43,558 nt of DNA from Micromonosporaceae bacterium (GCA_050701815.1 JBOGDL010000443.1:1-43558), one strand, 5' to 3'; positions 16,037-24,375 are shown, counted from the first letter of the stretch. Program-made: numbers and translations. The notes: generated from the sequence alone by a model not told the origin.

Positions 16037-16077
16037 GGTCTCAAGTTTCCGCAGCCACCGAATTCCAGGAGAATGGG

Positions 16078-16854
16078 TTGATGCTTGCCTGCACCCGTAC
16101 CGGCGCCGGTGTGCCACTGATGCTGCTGCACGCGTTTCCCCTGTCGTCCGCGATGTGGGACGCGCAGCGTGGTGGCTTGAGCCGGGAGTGCGAAGTGATC
16201 ACCCCGGACCAGCGTGGCTTCGGCGAATCAGCACAGCTCCTTGACGGGGCGGAGCCGAGTCTGTATGTGCTGGTCGATGACCTTGCCGAGCTGCTTGACC
16301 AGCTTGAGTTGGACCGGGTGGTGCTGGGCGGGCTCTCCATGGGCGGGTACGTCGCGATGGCATTCCTGCGACGACACCCGGATCGAGTGCGAGGGCTCGT
16401 GCTGGCCAACACCAAGGCCAGCCGCGACACACCTGAGGCGGCTGACAACCGGCGCCGGATCGCCAGCGCGGTCGAGACCGCGGGCAGCAGCGAGCCGCTG
16501 CTCGACACGGTGGCCCCGAATCTGCTCGGTACGCGTTCCCGCGCCGATCGTCCGGAGTTGGCCAGGGCCGTGGAGCGTATGACGCTCGCAGCCCCGTACC
16601 AGGCGGTGGCCTGGGCGCAGCGGGCGATGGCGGCGCGAGACGACTCGTTTGACGTGCTGGCGGGCCTTCAAATCCCGGTGCAGGTGATCGCGGGCGAGGA
16701 CGATGCGCTCATGGATGCCTCCGAAGCGCAGGCGATGGCATCCGCCGTGCCGCATGGGGAGTTGACCACTCTCTCGAACGTCGGCCATCTGAGCGCGATG
16801 GAAGCGCCGGCCCACTTCAACGCCGCCGTCAGCGACCTTGTGAAGCGGGCCTGA
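16078..16854 (+). CDS. Alpha/beta hydrolase (enol-lactonase/haloperoxidase-like)
   Basis: PLMLLHAFPLSSAMWDAQ...ITPDQRGFGES...LGGLSMGGYVAMAFLRRHPDRVRGLVLANT...NVGHLSAMEAP. The start is TTG at 16078 or ATG at 16081, with AGGAGA at 16066-16071. Confidence 0.8.
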   Translation: MMLACTRTGAGVPLMLLHAFPLSSAMWDAQRGGLSRECEVITPDQRGFGESAQLLDGAEPSLYVLVDDLAELLDQLELDRVVLGGLSMGGYVAMAFLRRHPDRVRGLVLANTKASRDTPEAADNRRRIASAVETAGSSEPLLDTVAPNLLGTRSRADRPELARAVERMTLAAPYQAVAWAQRAMAARDDSFDVLAGLQIPVQVIAGEDDALMDASEAQAMASAVPHGELTTLSNVGHLSAMEAPAHFNAAVSDLVKRA

Positions 16855-16893
16855 CCATCACGACTGCCGCAGCCAGCTAGCTGCGCGGCTGAC

Positions 16894-18300
16894 TCATTTC
16901 TGCGCTGCGGGCTTGCCTGTGGTTGAGGTCTGACGCTTGTCAGAGTCGTGTTCCGCAGACTTCGACTGCTTGGGCGGCGCCCCGTTGCGATGAGGATTCG
17001 ATGCCTTGCCGTTCAGCTCCTGGTCGGGTTGTGCCGACTCGTCCTCCCCGGACGGGTCATCGCCAGAACCGGGGTCATCAGCGCCGCTTGGTGACGATTC
17101 GGCAGTTGGCTCATCTGAGCCTGACTGTCCCTCTGCAGACTCCTCGAAGTCTTCGTTGGCGAGCAACGCCGCGGAGCTGCCAGCCAAGCGGGCGACCGCC
17201 TCCTTCAAGTGATTCAGGTTTCGGCGGATCTGGCGGCGCTGGTCTTCCAGCTCGTCAACCTTGCGGCGAGCATCCTCGACGAGCTCGTCGGCTGTGGCGC
17301 GGGCAGTCGCCACCAGCTTGTCGGCCTCCTCCTGCGCCGTTTCCACAGTGCGTTTGGCTCGCTCCTCCGCCTGCGCCGGAATCTCGGCCACCTGCTGTTT
17401 GATCTGCGCCAAGACCTGGCTGGCGTGTGACTCGGCGTCGTCGCGGACCTTGGCGGCGTCCTGCTTCGCTGTCGCACGCAGGTGATGCAGCTCCGCGGAC
17501 GTTTCCTCCCGCAACTGCGTGATCTCGTGGTTGGCGGCGGTACGCTTCTCGGTCATCTCCTGCTCAGTGGCCTCGCGGAGGGTGTTGGCGTGATTTTCGG
17601 CGTCAGAGCGAAGCTGCTGCGCGTACGCGGTCGCCTCATCACGGACCTTGCGCGCTTCTTCCTGCGCGCTTAAGTGAAGCTGCTCCGCGTGCGCCTTGGC
17701 CTCTGAGCGCAGCTTCTTGGCGTGCTGCTCAGCCACATCGGCAGCCTGCTGCGCCTCCTGCCGAAGCCGCTGCACGACCGTGGTCTTCTCCGTCACGTAC
17801 GAGTCGACCTTGGCCCGCCGGTCGGCGCTGGCTCGCTCTTCCTCGGCGCGACGGCTGGCGAGCGTTGTCTCGAAATCCTTGCGCGCCTGCTCGGCCTCGG
17901 CTTTAGCTTGGCTGAGGGTCTTCCCGGCTTCCTCGCGCTGCTGAGTGATCTCACTCTGGGCGCGCTGCTTGAGGTACTCGGCTTCCTCTTCCGCAAGCGA
18001 GAGGATCTGCTCCACTCGGGCGCCCAGGTGCCGATAGGTCGCGCGGTCGCCGGTGACCGCGCGGCGCCGCAGGTCGGTGGTCTCGCTCTGAAGCTGCTGT
18101 AGCTGCATGGCGAGGGATTGGGCCTGGCTGTAGACCTGATCGCGCTCGGTGAGCAGCGCGGTGTTCTCAGCGACCAGCTGCTCAACGTATCGATCTACCT
18201 GCTTGCGGTCATAGCCACGGAGGGACAGCTCGAAGCCCGGATCGGCGTCGCCGGTGGTCCCGAGGGCGTTGAACAGGGTGTGGTCACCGCTGTGCGACAT
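16894..18300 (-). CDS. DivIVA-domain coiled-coil protein (Scy/FilP-like; homologues are often annotated 'cellulose-binding protein')
   Basis: The N-terminal FELSLRGYDRKQVDRYVEQL is the DivIVA-domain motif. It is followed by about 300 aa of heptad-like A/E/R/K/Q-rich repeats and an acidic Ser/Pro/Gly tail. Confidence 0.8.
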   Translation of the reverse strand: MSHSGDHTLFNALGTTGDADPGFELSLRGYDRKQVDRYVEQLVAENTALLTERDQVYSQAQSLAMQLQQLQSETTDLRRRAVTGDRATYRHLGARVEQILSLAEEEAEYLKQRAQSEITQQREEAGKTLSQAKAEAEQARKDFETTLASRRAEEERASADRRAKVDSYVTEKTTVVQRLRQEAQQAADVAEQHAKKLRSEAKAHAEQLHLSAQEEARKVRDEATAYAQQLRSDAENHANTLREATEQEMTEKRTAANHEITQLREETSAELHHLRATAKQDAAKVRDDAESHASQVLAQIKQQVAEIPAQAEERAKRTVETAQEEADKLVATARATADELVEDARRKVDELEDQRRQIRRNLNHLKEAVARLAGSSAALLANEDFEESAEGQSGSDEPTAESSPSGADDPGSGDDPSGEDESAQPDQELNGKASNPHRNGAPPKQSKSAEHDSDKRQTSTTGKPAAQK

Positions 18301-18319
18301 GCGTTCATCCTCACACGGA

Positions 18320-18360
18320 ACGTCCCGCCATCCGCAGGGGGCCTGCGGATGGCGGGACGT
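18320..18360 (-). terminator. Perfect 19-bp stem with a 3-nt loop between the two DivIVA-domain genes. It could be an intercistronic terminator, attenuator or stabiliser.
   Basis: acgtcccgccatccgcagg-ggg-cctgcggatggcgggacgt, read directly. It ends 19 nt upstream of the 18300 start codon and has no U-tract on the minus strand. Confidence 0.6.
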
Positions 18361-18439
18361 CAGTCACTCGTTTTCGCCAATATCTCTGCTTTGTTTCGCT
18401 GAGCGGAAATCCAGCTCCGGCGCCGTGACAGCTGGGCCG

Positions 18440-19699
18440 CTAGGCGCCGATCTTGTTGTCGGAATCCTTCTTGCCATCGTCCTTCTTCTTGCTGGTGTCC
18501 TCTGCGGCGGCAATCGCGGGAACCGCACCCGGCATGATGCCGCCGAGCATCTCACGCAGCTGGCCCAGCTGCGCCGTGATCGCATCGCGCTGGCGACCGA
18601 GATCCTCGACTTCGCGGCGTGCGGTCTGCGTGGTGTCCTCGGCTTCGGAACGCGCCGAGGAGAGCAGTCGCTGCGATTCGGCCCGAGCATCCGCCACGGT
18701 CTTGTCGGCGTGAGCCTTGGCTTTCTCAATGGTGTCGTTGGCGTGCTGCTCAGCCTCACTGCGCCGGGACTCGGCACGCTGCTCGATCTCTTTGGCGCGG
18801 TCATCCGCGGAGCGGGCGCGCTGCTCGGCCTCGGTGACCAGCTTCTGAGTCGCCTGCACTGCGGAAGCGTGACGCTCGGACTCTTCCCGCTCGGCGGTCT
18901 CGCGCCGCTCAGCGAGCTCGAGCGCGAGGGCCTGCAGCTCCTTGTCGCGCTTCTCCTTGGCGTCGTTGTAGAGCTTCGCCGCCTCGGCCCGCTTCTCCTC
19001 AGCTTCCCGCATCGCCTTGGCGCGCAGCTGGGTGATCTCGCGCTCAGCGGTGGCCCGGAGCGTCGCCACCTCACGCTCGGCGGTCGCCTTGGTCTCGGCG
19101 ACCTCGTGGGCGGTGGCGCTACGCAGCTGCTTGGTCTCGCGGTCGGCGTCACCGCGCAGTGTCTCCGCCTCACGCCGGGCGGCCACCCGGGTTTCCGCCG
19201 CCTCGCGCTCAACGGCGGTGCGCAGGCTTCCAGCCTCCCGCTCGGCAGCAGCCTTCAGCGCCGCGGCCTCAGCCCGCGCCTTGTCGGCGATCTCTCGCGC
19301 CTCGAGTCGGGCGGCGGAAAGGATGCCTTCGGCTTCTCGTTTCGCCTCTGCCCGGTGCTCATTGGCCTGCTCCTCGGCCAGGCGCAGAATGTGCTCAACC
19401 TTGGTGCCGAGGCCGGAAAGAGTGGGGCGGCTGTTCTCTTCAAGCTGCTTCGCCTGATCGCCGAGCTTCTGCTCCAGCCCGGTGGAGCGTTGCTCAGCCT
19501 GGCGCAGCCGGCGCTGGGCGTCGGTCATCCGACGCTCGGCCTCGCCGCGCTCAGTCTCCTTCTGCGCGATCAGCGCGTTCAGACGCTCCACGTGGGAGTC
19601 GACCTGCGCGCGGTCGTAGCCGCGGAGGACAACGGTGAAGTCGGGTTGTTGGTTGGCTGCTTCAAAGAATGACAGGGAGGGCTGCTGGGGCATTGGCAC
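18440..19699 (-). CDS. DivIVA-domain coiled-coil protein, a paralogue of the downstream gene
   Basis: FTVVLRGYDRAQVDSHVERL is followed by long AERE/ARxEA-type repeats. The start is GTG at 19699 or ATG at 19693. Confidence 0.8.
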   Translation of the reverse strand: MPMPQQPSLSFFEAANQQPDFTVVLRGYDRAQVDSHVERLNALIAQKETERGEAERRMTDAQRRLRQAEQRSTGLEQKLGDQAKQLEENSRPTLSGLGTKVEHILRLAEEQANEHRAEAKREAEGILSAARLEAREIADKARAEAAALKAAAEREAGSLRTAVEREAAETRVAARREAETLRGDADRETKQLRSATAHEVAETKATAEREVATLRATAEREITQLRAKAMREAEEKRAEAAKLYNDAKEKRDKELQALALELAERRETAEREESERHASAVQATQKLVTEAEQRARSADDRAKEIEQRAESRRSEAEQHANDTIEKAKAHADKTVADARAESQRLLSSARSEAEDTTQTARREVEDLGRQRDAITAQLGQLREMLGGIMPGAVPAIAAAEDTSKKKDDGKKDSDNKIGA

Positions 19700-19878
19700 A
19701 TACTCGCAGACGGCAGGGGTCCTTGTGCAAGACCGGTCGGGACATGTTGCCGCTGAAGGAACAGCGGGAATCCCATTGCGCGTCCCACGGCGAGCCCTCA
19801 GTGGCTATTTTAGGCGTTACTTACCATATGTACGTTCTGAACGCAATCATAACGGTCGTTACGCTCACGTTCTCACCG

Positions 19879-19908
19879 CCCCGCAGTTGACCCCTGTCAA
19901 CCACGGGG
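19879..19908 (-). terminator. Hairpin downstream of ccr (ccccgcagttgac-ccct-gtcaaccacgggg)
   Basis: 13-bp stem with 2 mismatches around the GTTGAC/GTCAAC core, about 30 nt after the ccr stop. Confidence 0.4.
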
Positions 19909-19935
19909 AGGGCGCAAGACGGACCCAGCCATTTG

Positions 19936-21294
19936 TCAGCGGTCTCGGAACCGGTTGATCCGGGTGAGATGCCGGCTCCTGAGCTCTCGATCGTGCGCGC
20001 CGAGGCCCTCCTCCGGGGCCAGGCAGAGCACGCCCACCTTGCCCTGGTGCTGGTTGCGATGCACCTCGTACACGGCTTGCCCGGTTTGCTCCAATGGGTA
20101 AACGCGCGAGAGCGTCGGGTGGATACGCCCTTTGGTTATGAGACGGTTAGCTTCCCACGCTTCTCGGTAGTTTGCGAAGTGGCTTCCGATGATCCGTTTC
20201 AGGTTCATCCATAGGTAGCGGTTGTCGTACGAGTGCAGGAAACCCGAGGTGGACGCGCAGGTGACGATCACGCCACCGCGCTTGGCCACGTAAACGCTGG
20301 CGCCGAAGGTCTCCCGGCCAGGGTGCTCGAAGACAATGTCCGGGTCCTCGCCGCCGGTCAGCTCCCGGATCTTGGCGCCGAGGCGTTGCCACTCCTTCGG
20401 ATCTTGATTGTGCTCGTCCCGCCAGAACTGGAACCCCTCGCCGGTGCTCTGGCTGCGGTCGATGATCAGCTCGGCGCCCATGGCACGGCAGATCTCGGCC
20501 TTCTCAGGGCTGGACACCACGCACACCGGGATGCCGCCGCCGGCGAGGGCGTACTGGGTGGCGTACGAGCCGAGGCCGCCGGAGGCGCCCCAGATCAGCA
20601 CCACGTCGCCCTGCTTCATGTCGGCGCCGTTGTGCGACACCAGCTGCCGGTACGCCGTGGAGTTCACCAGCCCGGGGCACGCGGCCTCCTCCCACGTCAG
20701 GTGGGCGGGCTTGGGCATCAGCTGGTTCGCCTTCACCAGACACATCTCGGCGAGCCCGCCGAAGTTGGTCTCGAAGCCCCAGATCCGCTGCTGCGGATCC
20801 ATCATCGTGTCGTCGTGGCCCTGCGGGTCCTCCAACTCGACCGACAGGCAGTGCGCCACGACCTCGTCGCCGGGGCGCCACTTCGTCACCCCGGGCCCGA
20901 CCCGGAGCACCACGCCGGACGCGTCCGACCCGACCACGTGGTACGGCAGATCGTGCCGCTTGGCGAGGTCGGACACTTTGCCGTACCGGCGTAGGAAGCT
21001 GAACGTGGACACCGGCTCGAAGATCGAGGTCCAGACCGTGTTGTAGTTCACAGCGCTGGCCATCACCGCGATCAGCGCTTCCCCGGGGCCCAGCTCGGGG
21101 GTCGGCGCCTCGGTCACCCGCAGGGACTTGCGGGGGTCTTTGTCCTTGGCTGCCTGTCCTTCGAACATCTTTGAGTCGTCTGAATGCACCATCACGGCCC
21201 GGTACGACTCCGGGATCGGTAGCTCGCCCACCGCGTTTGAGTTTCCGCTTGTGATCGCGTCCCGAATCTTCTCCATGGGGCTGACCTCCGTCAT
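19936..21294 (-). CDS. ccr: Crotonyl-CoA carboxylase/reductase
   Basis: It is nearly colinear with Streptomyces Ccr as I remember it: KDPRKS...PELGPGEALIAVMASAVNYNTVWTSIFEPVSTFSFLRRYGKVSDLAKRHDLPYHVVGSDASGVVLR...RIWGFETNFGGLAE...VLIWGASGGLGSYATQYALAGG...HQGKVGVLCLAPEEGLG. The start is ATG at 21294 (or 21276). The track start at 21447 is an upstream extension. Confidence 0.92.
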   Translation of the reverse strand: MTEVSPMEKIRDAITSGNSNAVGELPIPESYRAVMVHSDDSKMFEGQAAKDKDPRKSLRVTEAPTPELGPGEALIAVMASAVNYNTVWTSIFEPVSTFSFLRRYGKVSDLAKRHDLPYHVVGSDASGVVLRVGPGVTKWRPGDEVVAHCLSVELEDPQGHDDTMMDPQQRIWGFETNFGGLAEMCLVKANQLMPKPAHLTWEEAACPGLVNSTAYRQLVSHNGADMKQGDVVLIWGASGGLGSYATQYALAGGGIPVCVVSSPEKAEICRAMGAELIIDRSQSTGEGFQFWRDEHNQDPKEWQRLGAKIRELTGGEDPDIVFEHPGRETFGASVYVAKRGGVIVTCASTSGFLHSYDNRYLWMNLKRIIGSHFANYREAWEANRLITKGRIHPTLSRVYPLEQTGQAVYEVHRNQHQGKVGVLCLAPEEGLGAHDRELRSRHLTRINRFRDR

Positions 21295-21484
21295 GTCACC
21301 CTTGGCTGCGGGTCCGGCGCCAGTGCCAGAGTTCGCTAGGTTACCCGTGAGTAATACAGGAGTGGAACAGCTATGTGAGGCACACATCATCCCGCGTGCC
21401 GGCAGGCTTCGCTGCGGGTTCGGCGGCAATCTGCGCGGGGCCGCCACGACAATTCGCCCAGGTCGCGCAGGGAGGCGCTCTGCC

Positions 21485-21979
21485 CTAGGAGTGCGCTGAT
21501 CGAGCCGGCTCCACCAGCTCGATCAACACCCCGCCGGCGTCCTTGGGGTGCACGAAATTGACCCGGGAGCCCGCGGTGCCCCGCTTCGGGGTGTCGTAGA
21601 GCAATCCCACCCCGCGCTCACGCAATGCCGCGCAGGCGGCGTCGATGTCGGCAACGGTGTACGCCAGCTGCTGCAGTCCCGGGCCCCGGCGGTTTAGAAA
21701 CTTCGCGATCGTGGAGTCCGCAGACAGCGGCGCCAGCAGTTGCAGCTGCGCGCCCGGCGTCCCCGAACCGCCCGGCGTCCCCGAACCGCCCTCGGCGCCG
21801 GCGCTGGGGTCAGGACCCACCGCCAGCATCGCCTCGCGCACACCTTGCTCCTGGTTCTCCTCGGTGTGCGTGAGTCGCATCCCGAAGACACGTTGATAGA
21901 ACGCGATCCCTTCGTCGAGATCGGCTATGGCGATTCCCACGTGATCAATGCGTAGGAGCCCGATGCCCGCAGAGTCCAT
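21485..21979 (-). CDS. mce: Methylmalonyl-CoA / ethylmalonyl-CoA epimerase (VOC/glyoxalase fold)
   Basis: LLRIDHVGIAIADLDEGIAFYQRVFGM...QLQLLAPLSADSTIAKFLNRRGPGLQQLAYTVADIDAA...FVHPKDAGGVLIELVE. It carries an internal GGSGTP x2 insertion. Confidence 0.85.
   Translation of the reverse strand: MDSAGIGLLRIDHVGIAIADLDEGIAFYQRVFGMRLTHTEENQEQGVREAMLAVGPDPSAGAEGGSGTPGGSGTPGAQLQLLAPLSADSTIAKFLNRRGPGLQQLAYTVADIDAACAALRERGVGLLYDTPKRGTAGSRVNFVHPKDAGGVLIELVEPARSAHS
21753..21788. repeat. Perfect 18-bp tandem duplication inside mce (encodes GGSGTPGGSGTP)
   Basis: cccggcgtccccgaaccg x2, read directly. Confidence 0.95.
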
Positions 21980-22095
21980 GCTCGGTAGTGTTGCGCCTGA
22001 ACGTTGGTTTGGGTGGAAACTCTCCCAATGACATCGGTCTCACAGCTCTCCCGGGCGGCTGCTGCCGCGTCGCCGCGGGCTGATTAGGAGGCGGC

Positions 22096-23280
22096 ATGGG
22101 CTCGGTCATCGTCAGCGGCGCCCGTACCCCAATGGGTCGGCTGCTCGGCTCTCTCAAGGACTTCTCCGGCGCTGATCTGGGCGGGGTCGCGATCAAAGCC
22201 GCGCTGGAGCGCGGCGGCGTCGCGCCCGAGCAGGTGGAGTACGCGATCATGGGGCAGGTGCTGCAGGCCGGCGCCGGTCAGATCACCGCCCGGCAAGCCG
22301 CGGTCGCCGCCGGGATCCCGATGACCACACCTGCGATCACCGTGAACAAGGTGTGCCTGTCGGGTTTGGACGCGATCGCGCTGGCGGACCAGCTGATCCG
22401 CGCCGGCGAGTTCGAGATCGTGGTGGCGGGCGGCATGGAGTCGATGACGAACGCGCCGCACCTGCTGATGAATTCCCGCAAGGGTCACAAGTACGGCACT
22501 GTCGAGATGCTCGACTCGATGGCGCATGACGGGCTGTTCTGCGCGTTCGACCAGTGCGCGATGGGGGAGTCGACCGAGCGCTACAACGCCGGGCTGGGCA
22601 TCAGCCGCGAAGCGCAGGACGAGTTCTCCGCCAGCTCGCACCAGCGGGCAGCCGCGGCGCAGAAGAACGGCGTCTTCGAAGCGGAGATCGCCCCGGTGGA
22701 GGTGCCGCAGCGCAAAGCCGACCCGTTGGTGGTCGCCAGCGATGAAGGCGTACGCGGCGACACCACGTCCGAGACGCTCGCCCGGCTGCGTCCCGCGTTC
22801 GCGCCGGACGGCACCATCACCGCCGGCTCGGCGTCGCAGATCTCCGACGGCGGCGCCGCGACCGTGGTGATGAGCAAGGCCAAGGCGACCGAGCTCGGGC
22901 TGTCGTGGCTCGCCGAGATCGAGGGGTACGGCACGGTGGCCGGCCCTGACGCGTCGCTGCAGTCGCAGCCGGCGAACGCGATCAAGAAGGCGCTCGCGAA
23001 GCGAGGGCTCGCGATCTCCGACCTGGACCTGATCGAGATCAACGAGGCCTTCGCCTCAGTGGCGATCCAGTCGACCAAAGAGCTCGGCGTAGCCGACGAG
23101 ATGGTCAACGTCAACGGCGGGGCGATCGCGCTGGGGCACCCGATCGGGATGTCCGGCGCCCGGCTCGCGGTGACTCTCGCGATGGAGCTGCGGCGGCGTG
23201 GCGGCGGCCTCGGAGCGGCCGCGTTGTGCGGCGGCGGCGGCCAAGGTGACGCGCTGCTGGTACGAGTCCCGGGAGCCTGA
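22096..23280 (+). CDS. Acetyl-CoA acetyltransferase (thiolase II)
   Basis: [18 protein letters not shown]...[17 protein letters not shown]...[13 protein letters not shown]...NEAFASV...[18 protein letters not shown]...[20 protein letters not shown] lies 5 nt upstream of the ATG. Confidence 0.92.
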   Translation: MGSVIVSGARTPMGRLLGSLKDFSGADLGGVAIKAALERGGVAPEQVEYAIMGQVLQAGAGQITARQAAVAAGIPMTTPAITVNKVCLSGLDAIALADQLIRAGEFEIVVAGGMESMTNAPHLLMNSRKGHKYGTVEMLDSMAHDGLFCAFDQCAMGESTERYNAGLGISREAQDEFSASSHQRAAAAQKNGVFEAEIAPVEVPQRKADPLVVASDEGVRGDTTSETLARLRPAFAPDGTITAGSASQISDGGAATVVMSKAKATELGLSWLAEIEGYGTVAGPDASLQSQPANAIKKALAKRGLAISDLDLIEINEAFASVAIQSTKELGVADEMVNVNGGAIALGHPIGMSGARLAVTLAMELRRRGGGLGAAALCGGGGQGDALLVRVPGA

Positions 23281-23286
23281 TCAACG

Positions 23287-24300
23287 ATGGCTGACGGCGA
23301 CCGCGACGCCGCGGAGCCTGCGACGAGCGTCCGCCGATCAGTGGACGTGTCTGCCCTGATCACCGCCGCTCGGGAAGGCGACCCCCGTTCGGTGGCTCGG
23401 TTGATCTCGTTGGTGGAGGACGAGCATCCGACCCTGCGTGAGGTGATGGCCGGGCTGGCCCCGCACACCGGCGCCGCCCGAGTGGTGGGGCTGACCGGGG
23501 CCCCCGGCGTGGGCAAATCGACCTCCACCAGCGCCCTGGTGGCGGGGTACCGCCGCCAAGGCCTGCGGGTGGGTGTGCTCGCGGTCGACCCGTCATCGCC
23601 GTTCACCGGCGGGGCGATTCTGGGCGACCGGGTGCGGATGCAGGAGCACGCTGTCGACCCGGGCGTCTACATCCGTTCCATGTCCTCGCGGGGGCACCTT
23701 GGCGGACTGGCCGCCACCACCCCCCAAGCGGTGCGCGTGCTGGAGGCCGCGGGCTGCGACGTGGTGCTGGTGGAGACGGTCGGCGTGGGGCAGGCCGAGG
23801 TGGAGGTGGCGAGCCTGGCCGACACCACGGTGGTGCTGCTGGCCCCGGGGATGGGGGACGCGATCCAAGCCGTCAAGGCCGGAATCCTGGAGATCGCGGA
23901 CGTGTTCGCGGTGAACAAGGCCGACCGGGACGGCGTCGACAACACCGTGCGGGACATCCGCGGCATGATCGCGCTTGGCCAGCGCAGCCCGGGGGAATGG
24001 CGGCCGTCGATCGTGAAGACGGTGGCCTCCCGCGGGCTGAACGCCGGTTCCGGGTTGGACGAACTGCTGGGCGCCATCGACAAGCACCGGGAATGGCTGG
24101 TGGACCACGGTGAGCTGGAGCGTCGCCGACGCGCCCGGGCGGCCGCCGAGATCGAGGCGATCGCGATCGCCGCGGTGCGGGGTCAGATCGTGGCCCGGCA
24201 GGACGGCGCGATGCTGGAATCGCTGGCGGGCAAGGTGGCCGGCGGATCCCTGGACGCGTACGCGGCCGCGGACGAGTTGATGCAGGGTCTGGAGATCTGA
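23287..24300 (+). CDS. meaB: Methylmalonyl-CoA mutase-associated G-protein chaperone MeaB/ArgK
   Basis: The P-loop is GLTGAPGVGKSTSTSAL. Further motifs: AVDPSSPFTGGAILGDRVRM, VLVETVGVGQAE and NKADRDG. Confidence 0.9.
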   Translation: MADGDRDAAEPATSVRRSVDVSALITAAREGDPRSVARLISLVEDEHPTLREVMAGLAPHTGAARVVGLTGAPGVGKSTSTSALVAGYRRQGLRVGVLAVDPSSPFTGGAILGDRVRMQEHAVDPGVYIRSMSSRGHLGGLAATTPQAVRVLEAAGCDVVLVETVGVGQAEVEVASLADTTVVLLAPGMGDAIQAVKAGILEIADVFAVNKADRDGVDNTVRDIRGMIALGQRSPGEWRPSIVKTVASRGLNAGSGLDELLGAIDKHREWLVDHGELERRRRARAAAEIEAIAIAAVRGQIVARQDGAMLESLAGKVAGGSLDAYAAADELMQGLEI

Positions 24301-24375
24301 CGCTCACGATGTGCGCAGCGGGGGTCGGATGGACAGTTTGTCGCCGGCCCGCCCGGCGACGGCTACGGTGCCAGT

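Noticed and set aside
18254-19672. A 472-aa + strand ORF (and 18364-19212 on the minus strand in another frame) overlapping the DivIVA-domain genes
   Set aside because: It is the Leu/Gly/Arg-rich mirror translation of an A/E/R/K coiled-coil gene. It has no recognisable domain, and the minus-strand genes carry clear DivIVA motifs.
21295-21447. A 51-codon N-terminal extension of ccr (track start 21447)
   Set aside because: The extension (MAAPRRLPPNPQRSLPARG...) has no counterpart in Ccr proteins. Homology starts at MTEVSPMEKIRDAI, so ATG 21294 or 21276 is preferred.
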